Source: Patescibacteria group bacterium (lineage in GTDB: Bacteria; Patescibacteriota; Microgenomatia; Daviesbacterales; UBA10151). From it: a stretch of DNA of 64,000 bases. The notes beneath the pieces were generated by a model. It worked only from the letters and a program-made list of their open reading frames with translations, had not been told where the DNA came from and ran no database searches. A program made the position numbers and the translations under genes. Of this stretch, positions 17,943 through 26,804 are shown in pieces (positions within the stretch are counted from its first letter, which is position 1; every line of letters begins with the position of its first letter). The stretch covers positions 7,702-71,701 of the forward strand of contig CALRFD010000003.1 of NCBI GenBank assembly GCA_943356485.1, in the 5' to 3' direction.

Positions 17943-19220
17943 TTACTTTGCAGCAGCCATAACACGCTTCATAAAGTCATCTCTAAATTGAGGCATATCT
18001 TCTCTAGAAAACTTTCTTAAATCAGACCAGTCGATTTCTTCTAAAACCTCACGTTGGGGATCATTACTTAAATATGCATCACTAAATGCATCTGCTAATA
18101 TAGGCCTTAAAGGCATTCTAATACCCTTAGGTCTCAAAGCTTTAAGTATTTTCTGAGCCGTTTTACTAATTTTTTGGTCGTTTGTTTCACCGGAATCTCT
18201 TAAGTATTTACTAACTAAGCTCAAGGCTGTTGAATCTGGGTCATATTTTTCCGCAATATGAGTATTTGCAACATAAGGTTCTACAAGCATCCTTCTAAAT
18301 GTGTCATAATCATACTCCTGTAATTCTCGGTGGTGAAAATCACGGATTTCTGCTGCTGTTCTTATATCTTCCGGATGATCTTGCATATATGCCCGAATAA
18401 AAAATTCCATAAAATATTCGGAATCTCTTTGAGTAGCACAGTCTAAATCCACTATCGACAAGCCAGTCTTACCTCCATTATCACTTATCATCATATTTCC
18501 AGGATGTGAATTTGTGCCTAATCCTCTCATATCCTCAGACCATGAGTACCCTAAATCATGAAATATTCTTAAAACTCGTCCGCTCATCTTAGCAAGTTTG
18601 ATAAATACATCCAACATCCTATCAGCCTGAGATCTATCAAGATACCTAAAGGGTAGTGTAGTTTCAGCAGCATTTAGCATTCCCCCAAGCCTATCATCGC
18701 CGTCTACTTCATAAATTGCCGCACCGCATGGACTTCCATCAATCGGACAATTATAGTCTATTAAAGCTGCTGGTTTAACTCCATAATACAATTCCTTCTC
18801 TCTTAATGCTTTACCTAAATCTCCAATAATTCCCAGTTCGTATTCTGCAGCGTCCAAAAACATTCCACCTTTTACGTCTTGGCTGCCGACTGCAGTAGTA
18901 ATCAACTCACCATTTACTAAAGAAACGCCTTTAGCTCGGTACAACTTTCCATTAAACATGACTAGTGTTGAGCGAACTCCACTTGGGATTGTTCGTAAAT
19001 CAGACAAAGGTTCTGTCTGTACCTGTGGTAGTTCTCCCGGGAAATCTCGACGAAATATAGGTATGCCTAATTCTCCTCCAAATACATATTCTGCATTTGG
19101 ATCAGGCCTGACAACACAAGGTTCACCTCGAGGTATGAGTAGATGTGAATCTACCTCTTGATTATTCATTTCCTTTTTTCCGTTTGAATAAGGTTCAATA
19201 AAGGGTTCGCCTATTTCCAT
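17943..19220 (-). CDS. Hypothetical protein with atypical kinase/SelO-like motifs
   Basis: YRAKG, AEYE, NSHPGN and IVDLD occur in kinase-like order. Confidence 0.5.
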   Translation of the reverse strand: MEIGEPFIEPYSNGKKEMNNQEVDSHLLIPRGEPCVVRPDPNAEYVFGGELGIPIFRRDFPGELPQVQTEPLSDLRTIPSGVRSTLVMFNGKLYRAKGVSLVNGELITTAVGSQDVKGGMFLDAAEYELGIIGDLGKALREKELYYGVKPAALIDYNCPIDGSPCGAAIYEVDGDDRLGGMLNAAETTLPFRYLDRSQADRMLDVFIKLAKMSGRVLRIFHDLGYSWSEDMRGLGTNSHPGNMMISDNGGKTGLSIVDLDCATQRDSEYFMEFFIRAYMQDHPEDIRTAAEIRDFHHRELQEYDYDTFRRMLVEPYVANTHIAEKYDPDSTALSLVSKYLRDSGETNDQKISKTAQKILKALRPKGIRMPLRPILADAFSDAYLSNDPQREVLEEIDWSDLRKFSREDMPQFRDDFMKRVMAAAK

Positions 19221-19355
19221 GTCTTGAATTGTAACACAATAGTAATTTTAATACGAAATATAAATATCACCTTCCATTTGACCTAGGCAGGCACATTTAC
19301 TTTGAAGGTAAGCCCTATAGTTGATAGTTTCGTTCTTCTATGATAAACTGCTTTG

Positions 19356-20003
19356 ATGAATCCAGAGAATAAAACCTTCAGTCAACTCGATAAAGCATCA
19401 GTTGTTAAACCTGCTGAATTGATTGAGACTCTGATACAATATTCTACTGGATCCTGGGGGATATCGGCAAGAGTAGTTGCTGGACTGATTTACAGTACGC
19501 CGTTACGTGAAGATGATTTAGTTATAATTGAATCCGCTGCAATAATTTGCGCAGAAAATCAATTAGTTAAGGTGTTACCGTACTTGGATAAGGTTGGTAG
19601 GGAGAGGTTTAATTCTGTAACGAACAATATAGTGCAATACTGCGCAGTGGGTCGGTTAGCGGAAAAGTTACTTCAAGAAGGGCAGTTTATAACAGAACCT
19701 GAAGATTTATCTAACGATATGCGAGGATTTCATATTGGAGATATACTTACTGTAGTAACCGGGCGATCATTATCACCCCGATCTACTGTTGGTGTCTATG
19801 ATATTCTTAATTTTTTAACAGGGAACGATATGGCTACTCATGATTTAGATAGTGTGCTAAAAGAGTGTCAGCCTCATTTGATTTTGCAACACCCTCAACT
19901 AAAAGAAGTGGATACCCAAGAGCTGGGTTCTGGTAATTGGCGCCAATGGTTGTCGGATCAGGCCAGGAGATATGGTTTAATATTACCTGTTAAGCCTATT
20001 TAG
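19356..20003 (+). CDS. Hypothetical protein
   Basis: About 215-aa ORF with its own TTGATA/TAAACT promoter. Confidence 0.6.
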   Translation: MNPENKTFSQLDKASVVKPAELIETLIQYSTGSWGISARVVAGLIYSTPLREDDLVIIESAAIICAENQLVKVLPYLDKVGRERFNSVTNNIVQYCAVGRLAEKLLQEGQFITEPEDLSNDMRGFHIGDILTVVTGRSLSPRSTVGVYDILNFLTGNDMATHDLDSVLKECQPHLILQHPQLKEVDTQELGSGNWRQWLSDQARRYGLILPVKPI

Positions 20004-20029
20004 TTTAAAAAAGTTATACTTTAGTCCAA

Positions 20030-20866
20030 ATGAGTAAGCCAATATCAGTTATATTAATGCAAACCCGATCGTCTCGGGCGCTAAATGTCGGCTATCTTAA
20101 GAAGAATAAATTTATCCCCTGCCGGCTTAACTTAGGGGTAGAGAGACAAAACCATACTCTTTTAGCCACGATTGATTCCTTAAAACTACCGACAGCGCAG
20201 AAAATATTAAAAAAATTTAAGGCCAGGGAAATCTCTACAGTCAGTATTTTGCGGGAGGCCTTAGCTTGTCAATTGGGTTTTGCTTTATCTAAAGCCGGAG
20301 TTATTAATCACTTTGGAGATTGTTTTATCGGAGCAACTCATGTTAAGGAACAGGGAACTATAGTTACTAAGTATCAATATGAGAACGCAGAGGGTTTATG
20401 TAAAGGAGGGCTTTGGGTGATTGCCGACAGTATCTGTGTGGGTCGCAATTTAGGAAAAACTATGCAGTCGCTGCTCTCAAAATACCAACCGCAGGAAGTT
20501 TTGTTTATCTGTCCGATGGCCAGTCAATTGGGTATAAAAAACATCAGCCGGATTGTAGAAAAATATCATATTCCGCTAACCTTTATCGTTTGGGGGGCAG
20601 TCTTTGGGGTGGATAAGGATAATTTATATGATATGCCCTGGGGACATCAGGATACCAAGCCCTTGGATTTAAGGGATCAAAAAACTTTTATAAAGATGTA
20701 CGGATCAAATCTTTGTGTGGGGGGTGATTTTGGCAATGACTATTACTGTCCATCTGCGGCTGAAAAGCTTTATAGAGAGCAACTAAGAGAGCACAACATA
20801 ACCCCAAATATCCCCTCTGTTAAAGAAGTACTGGCTATCTATAAGGATGAGGAGTTATTAGCTTGA
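20030..20866 (+). CDS. Phosphoribosyltransferase-like protein (UPRTase-like)
   Basis: VSILREAL and VIADSICVGRN resemble UPRTase ILRAG and PRPP-binding motifs; ends in GGDFG. Confidence 0.55.
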   Translation: MSKPISVILMQTRSSRALNVGYLKKNKFIPCRLNLGVERQNHTLLATIDSLKLPTAQKILKKFKAREISTVSILREALACQLGFALSKAGVINHFGDCFIGATHVKEQGTIVTKYQYENAEGLCKGGLWVIADSICVGRNLGKTMQSLLSKYQPQEVLFICPMASQLGIKNISRIVEKYHIPLTFIVWGAVFGVDKDNLYDMPWGHQDTKPLDLRDQKTFIKMYGSNLCVGGDFGNDYYCPSAAEKLYREQLREHNITPNIPSVKEVLAIYKDEELLA

Positions 20867-21528
20867 ATAATAGGGCTTTGTAATTTAGCTGCTTCATCAT
20901 CTTTTGTTTGCTCAGGTTTATGCTTCTCCGCTACTGTCGCAGAAAGCAGTAAGGCTACAGGAAAAATTTCTTCGAAACTGGCATCCTGATGGTTGGTATG
21001 TATCAGCAGAGATCTTATGGCTACTAGACTTTTTTCACCTGCCACGATATGAAAACAGGAATAGTATTCCAAAACATAACCCGGCCTTTCAGGAAGTAAA
21101 ATACCGTTAAATCTTGAGCCTGGCAAAGTTGTCTTGATAAGTCTTATTACTTCAGGTCCTCCATCTAAATCTACTGCTGTTGCCTGGTCAGGCTTTTCTA
21201 TCAGGGTTCTTGTTAAAAGAGCGGCTTTAAATATTGTATCCTCTTCAACTTCCAGCTTTTCCGCCAGATTGCTGACCCCCTCTTTTGCTAAATCTGAAAG
21301 CCTGTCTTTGAAACCTTCAATCTCAGGAGCTTTTTTAAACATCCACTCTTCAACAACCGGCCGGCCGCTTCTGATCAGGATGATCTGGTTTTTATAAACA
21401 GGACTTAAGTTTACCTCAGTTAGTACTAAACCTGCAGGAATATCTGACTCTGCTGAAAATTTGGCTTCGATTTTTTCCTTAAAGCCGGTTATTAAAGCCG
21501 ATTCCTCCTCTGCCAGTCGTTCAATCAT
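20839..21528 (-). CDS. Hypothetical protein
   Basis: 229-aa ORF with TATAAA promoter near the start. Confidence 0.55.
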   Translation of the reverse strand: MIERLAEEESALITGFKEKIEAKFSAESDIPAGLVLTEVNLSPVYKNQIILIRSGRPVVEEWMFKKAPEIEGFKDRLSDLAKEGVSNLAEKLEVEEDTIFKAALLTRTLIEKPDQATAVDLDGGPEVIRLIKTTLPGSRFNGILLPERPGYVLEYYSCFHIVAGEKSLVAIRSLLIHTNHQDASFEEIFPVALLLSATVAEKHKPEQTKDDEAAKLQSPIIQANNSSSL

Positions 21529-21643
21529 TTGTATCCTTGTTTATTTTATACAATAAATTGCAAAAAACAAGACTATCCTACTTGCTTCAACAACTCACCA
21601 GCTAGACTTGTGTCTATACTCTATTTATGTTAAAGTTGCCTGC

Positions 21644-22810
21644 ATGATTGAGCATATAAACTGGGCAGCAAAAGTTAATTCTGTAGCCGTATCCGCAGGG
21701 CGTGCACCGAAACTTATAGACCTTGAGGGAGACTATGAATATTATGCGGCTATTGGCTCTGTTGTTGAATTTGCTACAAGAGCTCAAAGCAGCTATTTAG
21801 AAAAAATGCGTGGACGGCTTTTGATGAAACTGCCGGGAGCCCAAAAAGCTTTGGTAAATGTCTTCACTGAAGCAGCTTTCTTGGATAAAAATGGGACATT
21901 AGATGGAATAACAGCAAAATTCCAGAAAGTAGCAGAGGTAAGTTTACCTGCAGTAATCGATAAATTAGCAGAGCAACCAGGAGAATCTAATCAGGAAGAT
22001 ATGCAGGAGGTGTCTAAAGCATTAAGAGAGGGTGATCAAATGCTCAGATTAAAATTCCTGCTGGATAGCCACAGGTACTTTACTACTAAGTTAGGGCTGA
22101 ATTCCTTTATAGGAGCTACATTTTTATCAAAGCTGGCTGCAAAATCCTTGCCTGGATATGCAAACCCTCAACCGGAGAATCTTACCAGGGAATTTATTGA
22201 AAAAATAGATAATTATGGTTTAGGGGAATATGTATATCTTGATTACTTCCTGACTGGAATAAGCGAAGTAGACAGGGTGGGGAAAGCATTTTCAACTGAA
22301 GCATTGTTTAGGCCAAGTATAAATGAAGTAACTTCAGTTTCTTACGAGCAACGCGAGGAAAATTGGAGAGAAGGTCAAGCAAATTATCGAACAAAAAGAG
22401 CTGAGATTGCTCAAAGACTTGGTGAATATATGGATGCAGGAGTCCTTGATTTGGATGCACTATTTAATAAAATTAATAGGGAATGGTTACGGCAAAATAC
22501 CAATGAAGCAGTTACTTTTATAACAGAAACCCTTAGCCATCCGATGACCAGGGCAATCATAGATTTTTCGAAAGACTCAAGATTTAGGTCTTCATTGGGC
22601 AAACCCTTACCAAACTTTTCAGCTATAGCCACTGCCATGATTAATGTGGCTGGATATAGAGAGAATAACACATCAGAATTAAGGGATACTATGCTTGGGC
22701 AGGTAACTGATAGGTTTATTACTTTTGTAATTGGGTTGTATGGCTTGGAAGTTGGAAGAAATAGATACAATCCTTCTTCGTCTGATTCAAATAAGAGCTT
22801 GTTAAACTAA
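21644..22810 (+). CDS. Hypothetical protein
   Basis: Long helical ORF; likely ATG at 21644. Confidence 0.6.
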   Translation: MIEHINWAAKVNSVAVSAGRAPKLIDLEGDYEYYAAIGSVVEFATRAQSSYLEKMRGRLLMKLPGAQKALVNVFTEAAFLDKNGTLDGITAKFQKVAEVSLPAVIDKLAEQPGESNQEDMQEVSKALREGDQMLRLKFLLDSHRYFTTKLGLNSFIGATFLSKLAAKSLPGYANPQPENLTREFIEKIDNYGLGEYVYLDYFLTGISEVDRVGKAFSTEALFRPSINEVTSVSYEQREENWREGQANYRTKRAEIAQRLGEYMDAGVLDLDALFNKINREWLRQNTNEAVTFITETLSHPMTRAIIDFSKDSRFRSSLGKPLPNFSAIATAMINVAGYRENNTSELRDTMLGQVTDRFITFVIGLYGLEVGRNRYNPSSSDSNKSLLN

Positions 22811-22889
22811 TTTTACTTCAAGATACTCTGGTTCAAGAATAGAAATCATTTAGGAATTATCATATAATACAAACTTAAGGCTTAAGTAT

Positions 22890-24206
22890 ATGCCAAAAAC
22901 AATAGCAATCATCGGCGGAGGGGGAAGGGAGTCAGCACTGGTTGATGCATATGCAAGGAGTAAATCCGTTGCGAGGATTTTGGTTTTCCCGGGAAATGAT
23001 CTGATGCAGGCAAATACAAAGAAGCCGGTCAAAACCTACCCTTATATTAAAACCACAGATATCTCTAAAATTGTTGCCGAGTGCAAAAAAGAAAAAGTCT
23101 TTTTGGTTGATGTCGCGCAGGATAATGCGGTTGCCTCCGGGGCAGTGGATGAACTTAGCAAAGCTGGAATAATTGCAGTCGGACCAACAAAGCTAGCCGG
23201 TCAGATTGAATGGGATAAGGCTTGGGCTAGGGAGTTTGGTAAAAGAATTGGTTTGTCTCAGCCGGCATTAAAAATCTGCCGCTCAAAAAAAGAAGCCGAA
23301 GATTTTTTAAAGATCCAGAAGGATCAGGCCTGGTTTATTAAAGCTGCCGGTTTGGCTGAAGGTAAAGGAGTATTGCCTGCAAGAAATAATAAGGAAGCTT
23401 TGGAGAAGGTAGCGCAGATGCAAAACTTTGGGGTTGCCGGAGAAGTTTTTTTAATTGAGTCGTGGTTGGAAGGAGAGGAGTTTTCTACCTATGTTTTTTG
23501 TGACGGGAAAAATTATCAGATGGTTGGCAGTGCTCAGGATCATAAACGGATAAATGATTATGACGAAGGGGCAAACACCGGAGGTATGGGTTGCAGTAGC
23601 CCCCCGTTGGTATTAAGCAGGGAGCTTTTAAAGCTAGTCCAAACAGAGATTTTAGATAAGGTCATAAAAGGTTTGAGTGAGGAGAAAAGACCGTATAAAG
23701 GAGTTTTGTATCTAGGGGGGATGGTAGTGAAGCAAGGTGACCAGTTAAAGCCATATGTTATAGAATTTAACGCCCGCTGGGGTGATCCGGAAGCGCAAGT
23801 GATAGTACCGGGTATAAAAAATGACTTATTTGATATCAGCATGGCTATATACAAAGGTGATATTAGTAAATTGAAGATTAAAACAGATGGAAAAGCCCGG
23901 GTGGTGGTAGCCGGAGTTTCAAAAGGCTATCCGCTTGATTATTCAAAGGTTAAGGATAAGCAGGTTTTTGGTTTAGATGAAGCCGGGAAAATTTCCGGAG
24001 TAAAGATTTATGGAGCCGGAATAAAGGTTATAGATAATAAGCATTATGCCTCTGGCGGCAGATTATTTTATATTGTCGGGGAAGGGAAGACAGTTATTGA
24101 GGCCAGACAAAAGGCATATGAGGCGATGTCTTTGATTTTCGTTGAAGGCAATAACCTGCATTACCGGACAGATATCGGCTGGAGAGACGTGGAGAGATTA
24201 AGATAA
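22890..24206 (+). CDS. purD: Phosphoribosylamine--glycine ligase
   Basis: IGGGGRE, KAAGLAEGKGV, QDHKR...NTGGMG, EFNARWGDPE, YRTDIG. Confidence 0.95.
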   Translation: MPKTIAIIGGGGRESALVDAYARSKSVARILVFPGNDLMQANTKKPVKTYPYIKTTDISKIVAECKKEKVFLVDVAQDNAVASGAVDELSKAGIIAVGPTKLAGQIEWDKAWAREFGKRIGLSQPALKICRSKKEAEDFLKIQKDQAWFIKAAGLAEGKGVLPARNNKEALEKVAQMQNFGVAGEVFLIESWLEGEEFSTYVFCDGKNYQMVGSAQDHKRINDYDEGANTGGMGCSSPPLVLSRELLKLVQTEILDKVIKGLSEEKRPYKGVLYLGGMVVKQGDQLKPYVIEFNARWGDPEAQVIVPGIKNDLFDISMAIYKGDISKLKIKTDGKARVVVAGVSKGYPLDYSKVKDKQVFGLDEAGKISGVKIYGAGIKVIDNKHYASGGRLFYIVGEGKTVIEARQKAYEAMSLIFVEGNNLHYRTDIGWRDVERLR

Positions 24207-24292
24207 GAGGTTTGGTACTTGTTTGATTATTTATACTTTTGGGAAGAGCTATCAGTTGTTGCGGGTGAAACCAGTAGATGTAAGTGAATTTT

Positions 24293-24349
24293 TTAAAAAT
24301 CCGTCTCCATTTTTTGCTCTGTTAAATAAGATTGTAGTATTTCAAAAGG
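24293..24349 (-). pseudogene. 3' remnant of a paralog of the 30164-30478 gene
   Basis: Encodes PFEILQSYLTEQKMETDF* versus PLEELRPYLTEQKTDLLD*; 21-nt identity between 24310-24330 and 30181-30201. Confidence 0.65.
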
Positions 24350-24350
24350 T

Positions 24351-24397
24351 CTAATCTCCCCAGGTGACCTATATTCTACACCCCCCAGGTGAGCTTA
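24351..24397 (+). repeat. REP-like repeat family B (left of vWA/MoxR module)
   Basis: CTAATCTCCCCAGGTGACCTATATTCTACACCCCCCAGGTGAGCTTA; 44/47 identical to 31367-31413. Confidence 0.88.
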
Positions 24398-24432
24398 TTT
24401 GCGGATTTAAGTTATATGCCATATACTTTTAA

Positions 24433-26729
24433 ATGAGCATGAATCCAGAAGCAACCTCACATTCTAATCCTGAACACCCAAAAGAATTAGCGTTAAGTCC
24501 TCAGGAAAAAAACAGGTTAATCGCTCATTTGGGAAGAGTGTATTCCAGAAGATATGATATTCAGGTTCTACCATCCCATGAACGTGGGGTTTGGGCTACT
24601 GGACTTGATCCAGAAACAAATATTGAGTTAGAGAAATATATGACTGGTCAAAGAGATAGCCTGGATGATTTGCCACCCGATGCTTTATCCCAAAAAAAAT
24701 TCTTTATGATGCAGAGTCAGCCCAGGGGATGAGTATGGATCAAATCTCTACTATTCTTCATCACGAAGCTGGTCATGCTAAATATACTGATTTCCGTTTA
24801 ATGATGGAGGGGCAAAAACAAGCTAAAGATGAAGGCTACCTGCCAACAAGTTTTTGGTTGATGTTTGAAGGAATAGAAGATCCAAGAGTCAATAGTTTAG
24901 AAGGCGAAGAGTCTCCGGCAATAGACCGCCAGATTAGAACTAACCAGGGGAAGGATCTGGAAGAAAGAATAACTGAAACACCCCTATCAAGCAGGCCGTT
25001 ATTATTACAATTTGCTTATAATTCTTCCCACTATTGGCTACACGGAAAAGGTATACCGGAGCTAGAGGATACTGATGTTGGCAGATTAGGTGAAGTTGCA
25101 AAGCCGTTACTGGAACAGTACTTTTTAAATACTGATGTAGACATAAGAAGGTTATTACAAAAACAAATTTGGGATATTGCAAAGGAGCTTGAAAAGAAAG
25201 ATATAGAAGATGAAGAAAAGCGTCAGATGGCTGAACGAAAACAAAGATCAAAACAGCAACAGGAAGAAGGACAATCAGGTGAGGGTCAATCCGGAACTCC
25301 CAATATCCCAGGAGGAGGAGAGCCGCGTCAGAATGCAGCTTCTGCGCAAGGAAGTAAACGTTTTATAGATCGTTTAAAGCAAGCAATCCTTGGTCGGCCA
25401 AATCAAAGTACATCTAACAACTCGGACAGTGGCTTTGAAAGTGACTCCTCGGAGGTGGGCGGCGAAGCAGGTCATCAAATTAGTAAGCCCTCCTTTGAAA
25501 AAAAACCAGAGAGGTTTGATCTGTCAAAACTCTCAGATGAAGAGCTCCAAGATATTAAAGATGCAATAGACCAGCTACCCCCTGAAGAACGCGCAGAACT
25601 TACTAAAGTAGCCAGAATAACTGTAGACGAAATACAAAAAGCAGCCCTGGAGGAAGAGCTGGGAAAAACAATGAAACTGGAGAGAAATAAAAAAACAGGT
25701 GAATATGAGATCAGACCGCAAACTGTAGATGAAAAAGCGCAAAAGCAGGCGGAGCATGATTATAAGGAGGCTTTATCGGAGGTTGAAGCAGAGGAGCAGG
25801 CTGAGTATGAAAGAGAAGAAGCAGAAAGAAGACATCAGGAAGGGTTACTTAAGCAATTGGAACAAGCCAGAAAAGAAAAAATAGAAATGGAAAAAGCAGG
25901 TTTTAATGAGGACGAGCAGGATAAATACTTACTTTACCAGTCCTTAGAAGATGCAATGTATTCCTATGTCAGAAATTTTAAACAAGCCATCGGAAGAATC
26001 ATTCCAAGAAGAAAAGAGCCAATATATGAAGGCGGTTATTTTAACGGGTCTAAGCTTGACAGAAGGGAGTTAATCCGCAAAGCTCCTTTGGGTGATGAGC
26101 AGTTTCATATGAGACAGGTAGAAAAACCAACCGGTGAACCCAGATTATTTATTGGGTTACTCATTGATAATAGCGGCTCAATGCAGGGAAGAAAAATGGA
26201 GGAGGCAAGAAAAGCTACAATCTTTTTTGCCAGGGTTTGTAAGGACATGGGTATTCCATTTATGGCAACTGCATTTGGAGATAAGGCAGAGGTTATAAAG
26301 GAATTCAGACAGGATTTTGATGACAGGTCTCAAAGAATAAAGCCTAAATTGATTGAAGCAACCGAAGCTCTTGGCGGAAGTACTAATCTTCATGCAGGAA
26401 TTAAGATGACTATTGAAGCTATGAATGAGCAAAGAAGAAGGCTTAGGGATTCTCATGGTTTAATCCTGGTTATTACAGACGGTGAAGCAAATAAGGGGCT
26501 TAGCGGAGATGCTCTAGGCGATTATATAAAAGAAAATCAAGGCAGACTCACCTTTAAAGGATTTGGACTATCAGCTGGGGAGCAGGAGAGAGCTAAGATT
26601 CAAACTTATTTAAACCTTTATTTTGGTGAAAGTAACTGCGCATATCCTGAAAACTTTGAGGATTTACCAGACGAAGCATTTAGACTGCTTCGGATTAACC
26701 TGATTCAGCTCCAAAGGTTCTTGTCATAA
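24433..26729 (+). CDS. vWA (MIDAS) domain protein with N-terminal HExxH region, split by a frameshift near 24690 (ORFs 24433-24732 and 24729-26729)
   Basis: HHEAGH...EDPRVN, LIDNSGSM, VITDG; the -1 frame is open across the A8 run at 24692-24699. Confidence 0.75.
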
Positions 26730-26804
26730 TTTTAACCTTAATGAAAGCCGCTAAAGCGTATTGAGAGATTGATTTATATTCAATAAATCTGGTACGTTAA
26801 ATAT

